From positions 2,493 to 66,492 of the forward strand of contig JAQUOD010000008.1 in the NCBI GenBank assembly GCA_028717245.1: a stretch of DNA of 64,000 bases. Direction: 5' to 3'. Of the stretch, positions 20,054 to 29,445 are shown one piece after another. How positions within the stretch are numbered: position 1 is the first letter of the stretch; each line of letters begins with the position of its first letter. This DNA comes from Candidatus Omnitrophota bacterium (GTDB lineage Bacteria; Omnitrophota; Gorgyraeia; Gygaellales; Profunditerraquicolaceae). The notes beneath the pieces were generated by a model, which made no database searches, was not told where the DNA came from, and was given only the letters and a program-made list of their open reading frames with translations. The position numbers and the translations under genes are program-made.

Positions 20054-21193
20054 TTAAGCCACCTTTTTCCTGAATTTCCTTACCGCAAAAGTCAACATCA
20101 CAGAGGCAAATAACAAAAGGAAAACCGCCTCATCCCACATCGTGCGTATCGTGCCGCCTTTTAAAAATAACTCTCTTAATATCACGATGTAATAACGCGC
20201 AGGAACAAGATAAGTAACTGCCTGGATTGCCTTGGGCATATTAAAAATCGGGTAAATAAACCCCGAGAGAAGCATAGTCGGTATCATGGTGGTCAGGCTG
20301 GCCAGCTGGCTAGCCATCAATTGCGTCCGGGCAACTACCGAGATTAATATCCCCTGCGACAATGCCCCGGTTAAAAATAATGAACTTAAAATAATCAGCA
20401 AAAGATAGCTGCCCCGAAAAGGCACGCCAAACAAAAATCTGGCCATAATCACGCCTATTACCAGGTCAAAGAACCCGATAGTAAAATAGGGGATGAATTT
20501 ACCGATGATCAGTTCCGGGGCCTTTACGGGAGTGGAAATTAATTGCTCCATGGTGCCCCTCTCCCATTCCCTGGCTACAGTTAAGGAACTGAGCAGTGCC
20601 GCAATAATCATAATAATCATGGCGATGACGCCGGGAATAATAAACCAGGTGCTGACTAGGCCCATATTAAACCAGATCCTGGAACGGGCATCCAACGTTT
20701 TGGCCTGTTTAAGGCCGTGCTGTGCGAGCGCGCTAGTTAAAAGGTCGACATTATATTTGGCGACTACCGAGCGCACATAGCCCATGGCTATAGTCGCGGT
20801 ATTGGCATCGCTTCCGTCCACAATCAATTGCAAAGGCGCAGTTTTTCCGGACCTGATATAATGTGAAAAATCTTTAGGTATGATCAGCGCCATCAATATA
20901 TCTCCGCTGTCAATCTTATGCTCAATATCGCGGTAGTTATCGGTATAGCCGATTATTTCAAAATACTTGGAATTTTTAAAATTAAGCAGAAAATCGCGGC
21001 TAAACTGCGAGCCGTCCTGGTTCCAGACGATGGTGCGCACGTGGTCAATATCCAGAGAGAGCCCGTAGCCGAAAATCAAAAGCAGGAATATCGGAATCGC
21101 TAATGCCATTGATAGCGACCTCGGATCGCGCTTAATCTGGATAAATTCCTTCCAGGCTAAAGCCTTAATTCTTTTTAGATTCTGAACGGTCAT
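20054..21193 (-). CDS. ABC-2 type transporter permease (YbhR/YbhS-like)
   Basis: Paralog of the preceding gene. Confidence 0.75.
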   Translation of the reverse strand: MTVQNLKRIKALAWKEFIQIKRDPRSLSMALAIPIFLLLIFGYGLSLDIDHVRTIVWNQDGSQFSRDFLLNFKNSKYFEIIGYTDNYRDIEHKIDSGDILMALIIPKDFSHYIRSGKTAPLQLIVDGSDANTATIAMGYVRSVVAKYNVDLLTSALAQHGLKQAKTLDARSRIWFNMGLVSTWFIIPGVIAMIIMIIAALLSSLTVAREWERGTMEQLISTPVKAPELIIGKFIPYFTIGFFDLVIGVIMARFLFGVPFRGSYLLLIILSSLFLTGALSQGILISVVARTQLMASQLASLTTMIPTMLLSGFIYPIFNMPKAIQAVTYLVPARYYIVILRELFLKGGTIRTMWDEAVFLLLFASVMLTFAVRKFRKKVA

Positions 21194-22154
21194 ATTCTTC
21201 TATCGAAGAAACAAATACGTCTTCCAGAGAAGGCATAATTTTATTTACGGTAAAATCGCCTGCCTTTTCTTTCTGCAGGAATCCCTCTATCGCCGGGATG
21301 GCCTTTTTGCTGTCATAAACAACGGTATGGATAGTCGCCCCAAAGAGCGCTGCTTCTTTGACGCCCTCGATTTTACTAACCCTATCCAGCCAGTCCTGGG
21401 AATTAGCTATAGCAATCTCAAGCACCTCATCCTTCATATATTTAGTCTTCATCTCCCGTGGGCTGCCCTGGGCGATAATTGTGCCGCGGTAGATTAAAAC
21501 CATACGGTTTGTATTCTCCGCCTCATCCATATAATGGGTGGTGATAAATACGGTTACACCTAAACCAGCCAGCTGCTTTATAATGCCCCAGAAATTAGCG
21601 CGGGTTATAGGGTCAACCCCTGAGGTCGGCTCATCGAGGAATATAATCTTTGGCTTATGCAGTAACGCGCACCCTAAGGCCAGGCGTTGCTTCCACCCTC
21701 CGGCAAGCGTAGCAGTAAGGCTTGACTCCATCCCTTCCAATCCTGCGGTGCGAATCGTCGCCTCAAAGCGCTCTTTTTTCTCCTTACGCGGAATTTTATA
21801 TATGCCGCTGTAAAAATTAATATTCTCCTCAACGGTCAAATCATTATAAAGAGAAAATTTCTGCGACATATAGCCGATATGCTCTTTTATTTTATGCTGC
21901 TCTTTGATAATATCAAAACCTCCTACCCGGCCGCTGCCTGAGGTAGGAGAAATAATGCCGCAGAGCATCCTGATAGTCGTAGATTTACCCGCGCCGTTAG
22001 GGCCTAAGAATCCAAAAATTTCACCCTTATTAACTTCAAAATTAATCCGGTTGACTGCGGTAAAATCTCCGAATTTTTTTTCCAGGTTCTGGACGCTGAC
22101 TGCGATATTATTATCGGGGCTCATGATGAAACTTTGCGCTCCTTTGCCTCGCAT
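21165..22154 (-). CDS. ABC transporter ATP-binding protein
   Basis: GPNGAGKST Walker A, LAGGWKQRLALGCAL signature, IFLDEPTSGVD Walker B. Confidence 0.85.
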   Translation of the reverse strand: MRGKGAQSFIMSPDNNIAVSVQNLEKKFGDFTAVNRINFEVNKGEIFGFLGPNGAGKSTTIRMLCGIISPTSGSGRVGGFDIIKEQHKIKEHIGYMSQKFSLYNDLTVEENINFYSGIYKIPRKEKKERFEATIRTAGLEGMESSLTATLAGGWKQRLALGCALLHKPKIIFLDEPTSGVDPITRANFWGIIKQLAGLGVTVFITTHYMDEAENTNRMVLIYRGTIIAQGSPREMKTKYMKDEVLEIAIANSQDWLDRVSKIEGVKEAALFGATIHTVVYDSKKAIPAIEGFLQKEKAGDFTVNKIMPSLEDVFVSSIEEYDRSESKKN

Positions 22155-22870
22155 TCTTTTATAATAGTGATGAATGCCTCTTCGAGGGTTTTGACATTAC
22201 GCTCTTTTTTGATTTTATCAGGAGAATCGCAGCGTAAGAGTTTCCCTTTATGCATCAGGCCCACCCTGCCGCAGCGTTCGGCTTCATCAAGATAACAGGT
22301 AGAGCAGAAGATAGTGACTTTTTCTTTGAGCAGATCATAGAGTATATTCCAGAAATCCCTGCGGGAGACCGGGTCTACGCCGTTAGTGGGCTCATCCAGG
22401 AATAAGACCCGCGGGGTATGAATTAATGCGCAAGCTAATCCTAGTTTCTGTTTCATGCCTCCGGAGAGTTTTCCGGCAAAACGCTGCTTAAAAGGCAGGA
22501 GCCCGGAAAAACCCAAGAGCCGCTCAATAGCCTCGCTGCGCTTATCCTTGGCAATGCCGTAAACATCAGCGTAAAAATTGATATTCTCCATTACGCTCAA
22601 TTCTTCATAAAGCCCGAAACGCTGCGACATATAAGCAATATTTTCTTTAAGGGGCTCTGCTTCTTTGACAGTATGCCTGTTATAAACCCAGGCCTCTCCG
22701 GATGTAGGCTCCAGGATTCCGGTTAAAAGGCGCATGGTAGTTGTCTTGCCTGCACCGTCAGGCCCGACTAAACCGAAGATTTCGCCTTCTTGGACTTCCA
22801 GATTAAGCTGGTCTAGAGCAGTCAGATCGCCAAATTTACGGGTGAGGTTTTCGGCCTTTATGGTAATCAT
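22121..22870 (-). CDS. ABC transporter ATP-binding protein
   Basis: GPDGAGKTT Walker A, LSGGMKQKLGLACAL, LFLDEPTNGVD. Confidence 0.85.
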   Translation of the reverse strand: MITIKAENLTRKFGDLTALDQLNLEVQEGEIFGLVGPDGAGKTTTMRLLTGILEPTSGEAWVYNRHTVKEAEPLKENIAYMSQRFGLYEELSVMENINFYADVYGIAKDKRSEAIERLLGFSGLLPFKQRFAGKLSGGMKQKLGLACALIHTPRVLFLDEPTNGVDPVSRRDFWNILYDLLKEKVTIFCSTCYLDEAERCGRVGLMHKGKLLRCDSPDKIKKERNVKTLEEAFITIIKECEAKERKVSS

Positions 22871-22879
22871 CGATGAATT

Positions 22880-23716
22880 TTACTCGAGTATTATGTAAGC
22901 GTCTGCGGGCATGCCGGGTTTTAAATCCAGGCTGGAATTATCCGCCCTAACCTTTATCCTATAAACATACTTTACTCTTTCTTCGTTAGTCTGGATGTAT
23001 TTAGGAGTGAATTCTGCCTGGCTGGATATAAAAGAAACCCGGCCACTATATTTTTTGCCGCGATAAGTATCTGTTTCTACGTAGGCCTTCTGGCCTAATT
23101 TTACTTTGCCTAAATCATACTCGTTGATATAAGCAGTAACCCAGATATTATCCAAATTTACGGCAGTAAAAACCGGGGCACCCGGTTGTACTACCTCTCC
23201 GGCCAGAGCGCTCTTAACCAGTACGTAGCCATCCAGGGGGCTGGCCAGGTCTGCCCAGCCTAATTTCGTATTCGCCAATTCCAGAGAAGCGCGTAGCTGT
23301 TTGATATTGGCGGAATCAGTATCCATCTGGGTCCTGGCTGCATCGCGCTTCTGTGCGGAGATTGCCCCTGCCTTGAGGAGGTTTTCAGCTCTTATATAGT
23401 CATCGTAATCGAGTTTATACTGGTATTCGGCAAGCTTCAGCGCTGCTTCTGCCTCGGCCTTGACTTTGCTCAGTTCGTCCTTGTTCAGCCGGGCGACAAT
23501 ATCGCCTTTTTTGATCACCATGCCTTCATCGCTCAAGAGTTCCTCGATTTGCCCCTGCACCCGAAAGGATATGCGCACATCATCGCCTTCGATGATACCC
23601 GAAGCTTTGATAATCTTACCGTTAGCGCCCCTCTCTTTTAAGATAAAAACTCCTGCGGCTAAAACAGCGATAATCAAAACTCCGGCTATAATCATAAACT
23701 TTATTTTTTTCTTCAT
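22880..23716 (-). CDS. HlyD family secretion/periplasmic adaptor protein (YbhG-like)
   Basis: TM anchor, coiled-coil hairpin, beta-barrel. Confidence 0.75.
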   Translation of the reverse strand: MKKKIKFMIIAGVLIIAVLAAGVFILKERGANGKIIKASGIIEGDDVRISFRVQGQIEELLSDEGMVIKKGDIVARLNKDELSKVKAEAEAALKLAEYQYKLDYDDYIRAENLLKAGAISAQKRDAARTQMDTDSANIKQLRASLELANTKLGWADLASPLDGYVLVKSALAGEVVQPGAPVFTAVNLDNIWVTAYINEYDLGKVKLGQKAYVETDTYRGKKYSGRVSFISSQAEFTPKYIQTNEERVKYVYRIKVRADNSSLDLKPGMPADAYIILE

Positions 23717-25302
23717 TTCTCCTCCTCTACCAGGCCCCTGCCCATAACCCTATCCAGCTTTGCCTGGGCCATAATATAATCATAAATACCTTCACTAAGG
23801 TTCTTTTCTACTTTAGCTAAAGAGACCTGCGCATCCAGAACATCCAGGTTTATGCCCACGCCGTTATTGTAACGGACATAGGAAATCTCTAACGCTTCCT
23901 TGGCATCCTGGAGATTATCTTCCTGCGATTTTATCAGTGATGATGCCTCTACCAGGTCCAGGCAGGCTTGCCTTACGTCCACAGCCACCTGGTCGGCTAA
24001 ATTCTCTTTCCCGATAACTGCCTGCATGTATTTTGCCTTGGCCGCATCCACCTTTGCCTTGGTAGAAAATCCGTCGAAGATGGGCACGCTTACGGAAAGC
24101 CCTATATTCCAGTTATTATGCTTATTATTAAACATATTTGCGTAATTATTGGAGCGGTACGAATATTCCGCGCTTGTCTCTACCTGCGGAAGCCAGCCTG
24201 CCTTAGCGTATTTAATCGCCCACTTGTTGATATCTATGCCCAGGGACTTTAAAATCATCTCCGGCTCATTCAAATAAGCCTCTTTCAAGAAATCCACTTC
24301 CTTTATTTCAAACGGCGCATAAACTAATTTATCGTTGATAATTATCTTATCGCTTATCCTTAAGCCGAGTAATTTATTCATTTCGGCGATAATCAAGTCT
24401 ATGGAATTCTGCGCGTTGATTAACTGCGGCATGAGCAGGGAAACCTGCACCTTGGACTGTAAGACATCAAACCGAGAAGAAGTCCCCTGTTTAAAATTGT
24501 GTTTTACTTCCTCATAATGGCTCCTGGCCTGCTCTACTAAATCTTCTGCGATACGCCTTGTCTCATAAGCAAGCAAGAGCCCGTAATAAAGCCGCTTGGC
24601 TTCAAACTCCACGTTAAGTTTTGTCGCCCTTAAAGTCTCTCTCTGTTCTTTTAAGGCAAGCTGCGCCTCTCTTAAGGCAGCCAGATTGGCCCCTCCGTTA
24701 TAGAGAGTGTCATTTATGCTAATTCCCATAGTGTTATCGTTTTTGTAACCGCTGAATATCCCGTTATCCTTCTTGGTAGCGCTAGTTGAAGATGCCAGCA
24801 CCGCGCCGTTACGGGTATAACCGGCATTAAAATCAACTTTCGGCAGGAATTCGCTTCTGGCATTTAAGATATCGGCATCGGCTATTTTCAGCGCATACTC
24901 CTGTATCCGGATATCCTTGTTGTTCTTAAAGGCAATCTTAATCGCATCCTTTAGCGAGGAAAGCGACAAGGCCTGTGATTTTTGCTCATCGCAAAAACCT
25001 GGGCCGGAACCGGCAAGGATAAAATTAAAGATAGCTATGATAATTATCAGATTAGCTATCTTTTGAACGATTGCCCTAAATTCCTTATATAGGGGGTAAT
25101 TTTCATTGGCGCTGAAAAAGCGGGCGTTAGCCTTGAAACTACTCTGCAAGACCCCCTGTTTTTCCAGCTTATAAAGGGTCCTTTGGAAGACCCCCGGCTT
25201 AACCCTGAGCATACGGCCCAGCTCCTGGATATAAAACTGCTGCTGGGGGCGCGCGTAAAAAACTCTTAAGAGTTTAAGGGTATTTTTGGAAAACTGTATC
25301 AT
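23713..25302 (-). CDS. TolC-like outer-membrane efflux protein preceded in frame by an ~85-aa winged-helix-like domain
   Basis: Residues about 110-529 have the TolC/OEP two-repeat architecture. Residues 1-85 (LKLLRVFYARPQQQFYIQELGRMLRVKPGVFQRTLYKLEKQGVL) look like a wHTH. There is no in-frame stop and no canonical start before the signal-peptide-like IANLIIIIAIFNFILAGSG. Confidence 0.65.
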   Translation of the reverse strand: MIQFSKNTLKLLRVFYARPQQQFYIQELGRMLRVKPGVFQRTLYKLEKQGVLQSSFKANARFFSANENYPLYKEFRAIVQKIANLIIIIAIFNFILAGSGPGFCDEQKSQALSLSSLKDAIKIAFKNNKDIRIQEYALKIADADILNARSEFLPKVDFNAGYTRNGAVLASSTSATKKDNGIFSGYKNDNTMGISINDTLYNGGANLAALREAQLALKEQRETLRATKLNVEFEAKRLYYGLLLAYETRRIAEDLVEQARSHYEEVKHNFKQGTSSRFDVLQSKVQVSLLMPQLINAQNSIDLIIAEMNKLLGLRISDKIIINDKLVYAPFEIKEVDFLKEAYLNEPEMILKSLGIDINKWAIKYAKAGWLPQVETSAEYSYRSNNYANMFNNKHNNWNIGLSVSVPIFDGFSTKAKVDAAKAKYMQAVIGKENLADQVAVDVRQACLDLVEASSLIKSQEDNLQDAKEALEISYVRYNNGVGINLDVLDAQVSLAKVEKNLSEGIYDYIMAQAKLDRVMGRGLVEEEK

Positions 25303-25315
25303 CGGTCTGTATCCC

Positions 25316-25376
25316 TATATGCAATTAGCATATAAATATATTAATATTAGATATAATTATATGCAATGAGCATATA
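25316..25376. promoter_or_regulatory. Two 19-bp palindromic operator-like sites TATATGC-n5-GCATATA (25316-25334, 25358-25376), 42 bp apart, just upstream of the 23713..25302 gene
   Basis: The half-sites tatatgc/gcatata are perfect inverted repeats in both copies. Spacing is 4 helical turns, 14-74 bp upstream of the start. Confidence 0.55.
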
Positions 25377-25679
25377 TTTGTCAAGTTATTTTTTTACTAA
25401 CTCAATCCCATTTCCTCTCTCGCAAGAGGTGCTTATCCCGTAAATGAATCTGTCAGTTTTCTCGCTCAAGTCGGTTTTTTAACGCCAATGATCTTTCGCA
25501 TTTCGGTGGCTGCAGAACTCGCAGCATTTGTTCTAACAAATGCTGCTCAAACAGCTTCGCCATCCCCGTTTTGTCGCTTCGCTCCACGGGGATTCCCTCA
25601 ATGCTCAAGCTCCATTGGCTAAAACCTCCATTCGCTCGAAAACCGCCAGATTCATTTATTGTGACTCGTCAGATTCATA

Positions 25680-25850
25680 TTTAGCGGGTGGCTTGGGTGT
25701 TTTCGAACAGCATCTTGAAGATGCGAGCGGCCAGGGTTCACCCGCTAGCAAGAGAAATTGGTGAGAGTGAGCAGAAACTTCAAGCGACAAATTCCTCGGT
25801 GGGGAATTTGGAGCGGTGCTGCAAAAAACTACCCAAGACAGGACCCGCTA
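25680..25850. repeat. Copy B (inverse orientation) of the ~190-bp repeat seen at 5049..5240
   Basis: The reverse complement aligns with copy A. The ends are tagcgggtggcttggg ... ccaagacaggacccgcta. Confidence 0.55.
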
Positions 25851-25929
25851 TCACACCTGCCATAAAAATGCTTGTTTCTTCTATCTTTAAAAGGTATAAT
25901 TTAAGGAAATATAAGTTAAGGAGGGCTAG

Positions 25930-26394
25930 ATGAAAAAAATCGTAAAAACCTGTGCGTTTTTCTTAATTTTTATCTTTGGGGTAGGAGGTCTTTCTTACTG
26001 CGGCACAATGGATATCGGGGAGCTGGTCGATAATTTCCAGAAGGCAACTGACCTACAGAAAGAACAAATATTAAAAGATAACTTGGGTAAAGAGATTTCT
26101 GCCGGGGGTAAAGTCAGTAATGTGGGGGAATACGATTTTTTTGATACGGGAAGCGACTTTAAGGGCACCTACTACCAGGTAAGCACGGAAGAACGGAAGA
26201 CAAAAAATAATGTCCTCTATCAGCTGATATTTTTATTTAAAGACAAGGATAAGGTAAAAGATATAAATAAGGGCGAGGATATCCAGAAAGACGGTAAAAT
26301 CATACGGATAAACGATGAACGGCTGCAGATTTCGGTGTGGCTTCTCTCTGCTGAATTAACCGAGGACGATAAACTGCTCCTCAAGCAAAATTAA
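25930..26394 (+). CDS. Hypothetical lipoprotein/secreted protein
   Basis: Signal peptide with Cys (LSYCG), GGAGG Shine-Dalgarno-like sequence upstream. Confidence 0.5.
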   Translation: MKKIVKTCAFFLIFIFGVGGLSYCGTMDIGELVDNFQKATDLQKEQILKDNLGKEISAGGKVSNVGEYDFFDTGSDFKGTYYQVSTEERKTKNNVLYQLIFLFKDKDKVKDINKGEDIQKDGKIIRINDERLQISVWLLSAELTEDDKLLLKQN

Positions 26395-26405
26395 ACTCTC
26401 CTGCC

Positions 26406-26672
26406 TTATTTCGTAACTTTCTTGCCAGCGCGTTTTAAACGCCCCTTCCTGATCCAGGACAATATGGTTCTAAAAATTATATATCTTATAACTATGAAAT
26501 AGAGGCTATATAAACCTATCGGCGGCAGAGAAAAAAGGCAAGGTACGAGGGCGTCGTTATTTAATTCAGCAGGGGGATTCTTTATATTTATATAGACGAC
26601 CCAGGCTGCATAAATGCCGGCGAAGATGATTATCTCCCTGAGCACTTTCTCCGGGAATTTTATTTTTAGCAC
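26406..26672 (-). CDS. Small membrane protein (2 TM)
   Basis: Hydrophobic helices; no homology recognised. Confidence 0.35.
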   Translation of the reverse strand: MLKIKFPEKVLREIIIFAGIYAAWVVYINIKNPPAELNNDALVPCLFSLPPIGLYSLYFIVIRYIIFRTILSWIRKGRLKRAGKKVTK

Positions 26673-26714
26673 CTGCTATCCTCCTTATACTAAATGCTGA
26701 ATAAACAAAAAGGC

Positions 26715-26750
26715 CATGGTTACTTTAAACCACGGCCTTTTACAATTACT
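26715..26750 (-). terminator. Rho-independent terminator (aggccatggtt...aaccacggcct) flanked by A/T runs
   Basis: It lies downstream of the stop of 26753..27364 on the minus strand. Confidence 0.45.
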
Positions 26751-26752
26751 TT

Positions 26753-27364
26753 TTATTTTGCCTCTGGTAATTGGCCTGCTTCCTTTACCTTATCTGTAGC
26801 CTGAGGAGCAACTTCTGCTACCTCAGCCGGGGCTGCTTGCGGAGCGGCCTCTTCTATTTTAGCGGGAGCTGCTACAGGAACAACTTCTTTTACCGCCTGG
26901 GCTTTTGATTCTATTTCAGGCGCGGCTTTTTCTGCCATCGGCTGTTGCGCTTGCTGTCTTGCTTTTATTTCGGGAAAAACTTCCAATAAAAAATTGTGGC
27001 CCCAACCGATAAGCTTAGAATTATCAAATACCAGAGGAGTCAACTCTTCCTCATCAATCGTACAATTGTTACTTCTAATATCGGTTATATAATAAAGTAT
27101 TTCCAGTGTCTTACCCGATGTCTCTATCGTTTCTGTACGGTGGGGATTATTTAGCCTGACATTAATACGTGTTTTAGAAGACCCCAGGTCGCAATTATAG
27201 ATACTGATTCCGGTCCCCATGATATCCAAAACACGCTGCTTGCTCATGCCCTGCGAAAGGCGCACCAAATTCATCCGGTTGTTTGCCGTCAGCTGAGAAG
27301 TCGCCATAGTCGCGCACCCGCACAAAAAAATGGCCATCGCCGACAAAAAAAACATTTTCCTCAT
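26753..27364 (-). CDS. Lipoprotein with a C-terminal Ala/Pro/Glu/Gln-rich low-complexity tail
   Basis: Lipobox LCGCA, then a globular region, then APEIESKAQAVKEVVPVAAPAKIEEAAPQAAPAEVAEVAPQ. Confidence 0.5.
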   Translation of the reverse strand: MRKMFFLSAMAIFLCGCATMATSQLTANNRMNLVRLSQGMSKQRVLDIMGTGISIYNCDLGSSKTRINVRLNNPHRTETIETSGKTLEILYYITDIRSNNCTIDEEELTPLVFDNSKLIGWGHNFLLEVFPEIKARQQAQQPMAEKAAPEIESKAQAVKEVVPVAAPAKIEEAAPQAAPAEVAEVAPQATDKVKEAGQLPEAK

Positions 27365-27563
27365 ACCTACCTCCTCTTTTATTAAAATAATCTTCGGAAG
27401 AACCTCAAGTTAAATTTATTATACTGCTATTTTATGATTATTCAATAGAAAAACTAATAATCCTGTTTCTTAACCCAAACCTCCGGTTATCCGCTTCTCC
27501 TTTTTAGCTATGTATAATTTTTGGGTTCTTATTCTTTATCTCTGCATATTTATTCTTTTTTTA

Positions 27564-28550
27564 TTATAGCACTTGCTTGCTTTTTGCCTTAGCCTCTGTC
27601 TTTAATAATGTCTCGGCCAGTCTAAGAAAATCTCTCATAGATCCATGGCTATTTCTAATAAAACATCCTGCGATATCAAAATGGCCGCCGCCGCCGTAGT
27701 GCCGCGCCAATGCCGCAGCGTTGATACCGCCTTTTGACCGGATACTGACCCTTAATCTCCCGTTATTCTTCTCCCTGAAAAAAACGGCGATTTTAACGCT
27801 CCCGATCGCCCGCATCTGTTCAGCTACCGAATCAACATCTTCATCCTGGCCCTTTGTTGTTTTAAAATCTTTTTTTCTTACGACCGACCAGACAATCTCG
27901 CCATTCTTAATAAATTTACAGCGGGATAAACATATCCCCGATAAGATTACCGATTCTTTGGGCCTGGACCAATAGATCATATCTGTTAATTTATAAAAAT
28001 CTAATCCGCCCTCGAGTAAATCAGCGCATACCCGGAAAGTAAAAGGCCTGGTATCCGGAAGCCTGAAGGCATTAGTTTCTACTATAATAGAGGTCAAAAT
28101 ATTTTGAGCTATATCGACGCCTATCCCCACATTCATCTTCTTAAGGAGTAAATATATCTGCTCTCCGACAGCAGCGGCTTTGGTATCCACATAAGTAATA
28201 CTACCGAAAGGTTTTCTGAATAAATGGTGGTCGATTTCTAAAATATCTTTTGCGCGCCTGAAACTATCGTGGCTTTTACCCAGCATCTCCTTATCATTAC
28301 AATCAACCGCGACGACAAGGTCAGCGTCTTTGTTTACTCCTCTCTTTATCAAATCTGCACCCGGCAACTGCCTGTACCGCTTGGGGACGCCGTCTGCGCT
28401 GATGAGATAAACCTGCTTTCCTAACTTTTTTAAGCCCAGCCCTAAAGACAGCATAGAGCCGATGCAATCCCCGTCCGGATTAATATGACAGGCAACAATA
28501 ATCTTTTTAGATCTAAGAATGGCCCTGGCGGCGCTTTCTAATCCCGGCAT
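27564..28550 (-). CDS. nrnA: DHH-family phosphoesterase, NrnA-like (oligoribonuclease/pAp phosphatase)
   Basis: ACHINPDGDCIGS, EIDHH, and YGGGGH (DHHA1) motifs. Confidence 0.75.
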   Translation of the reverse strand: MPGLESAARAILRSKKIIVACHINPDGDCIGSMLSLGLGLKKLGKQVYLISADGVPKRYRQLPGADLIKRGVNKDADLVVAVDCNDKEMLGKSHDSFRRAKDILEIDHHLFRKPFGSITYVDTKAAAVGEQIYLLLKKMNVGIGVDIAQNILTSIIVETNAFRLPDTRPFTFRVCADLLEGGLDFYKLTDMIYWSRPKESVILSGICLSRCKFIKNGEIVWSVVRKKDFKTTKGQDEDVDSVAEQMRAIGSVKIAVFFREKNNGRLRVSIRSKGGINAAALARHYGGGGHFDIAGCFIRNSHGSMRDFLRLAETLLKTEAKAKSKQVL

Positions 28551-28593
28551 AACGCAACGTCCTCCTTAGGTTTAATGACCACTTTTTAGCTGC

Positions 28594-29445
28594 TTAAATA
28601 TTTTTGTTCAAGAACTCGCTTATTTTTGATTCCCTGTCTGCTTGCCCTGGCCGGTCTTTTATGAAATTATCCTCAAATGCAGGAAATTCCTTTCTATAAA
28701 ATACCCCTAATGCGATCGGGGCTTCATGATTATAATCCCATTCCCTGATTTTATTTAAGGCCTGGTTAAAATCCTGAAGATTATTATCTTTCAGCTCATA
28801 AACGTGCTTATTGTAATATTCGTACATATTGAAATAAGTAACGCAGACCTGCAGGACATCTACCAGAGAAAATCCTTTATGTAAAATTGCTTCCTTAAAG
28901 ATTTTCTTTAAAAGCTCAATGCCGTGAGAGGTGCCACGCGCCAGATATGTTGCCCCGCTAGCGAGCATGAGTTCCAAAGGGTTAATCGGAGGCTCAACTG
29001 TGCCCCGGGGAGTAGAGCGGCCCTTAAACCCCAAAGGCGAGGTAGGCGTATATTGGCCCGTGGTCAGGCCGTAGACACGGTTATTATGGATAACCATCGT
29101 GATATCGATATTGCGCTTAGCTGCAAAAATCAGATGTTCAATTCCTTCTCCGTAAGCGTCGCCGTCTCCGGCAAAACAGATTACTTTTAAGCCTGGCTTT
29201 GCTAATTTTATCCCTTCCGCGACCGGAGTTGCCCTGCCGTGTATGGAATAAAAACTATTCACATTGATATAATCCACTATTTTACCGTGACAGCCGATGC
29301 CGGAAACCAGAACTATATCCTCTAAAGGCAGGCCTTCTGCGGATAGCTGCGCTATCACGAGTTTTACGGCATTCATAATCGCAAAATTCCCGCATCCCGG
29401 GCACCAGGTATTCGGCGCGTAAGTATCCAAATTTATTTTATTCAT
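28594..29445 (-). CDS. korB: 2-oxoacid:ferredoxin oxidoreductase beta subunit (TPP-binding)
   Basis: CPGCGNF...GIGCHGK...GDGDAYGEG, TPP-binding. Confidence 0.8.
   Translation of the reverse strand: MNKINLDTYAPNTWCPGCGNFAIMNAVKLVIAQLSAEGLPLEDIVLVSGIGCHGKIVDYINVNSFYSIHGRATPVAEGIKLAKPGLKVICFAGDGDAYGEGIEHLIFAAKRNIDITMVIHNNRVYGLTTGQYTPTSPLGFKGRSTPRGTVEPPINPLELMLASGATYLARGTSHGIELLKKIFKEAILHKGFSLVDVLQVCVTYFNMYEYYNKHVYELKDNNLQDFNQALNKIREWDYNHEAPIALGVFYRKEFPAFEDNFIKDRPGQADRESKISEFLNKNI

Noticed and set aside
25390-25690. Possible tmRNA, 6S, RNase P or SRP RNA in the hairpin-dense intergenic region
   Set aside because: None of the universally conserved motifs of those RNAs (for example the tmRNA tRNA-like ends, RNase P GGAAAGUCCGG or AGGGUGAAA, SRP GGAAGCAGCC) are present.
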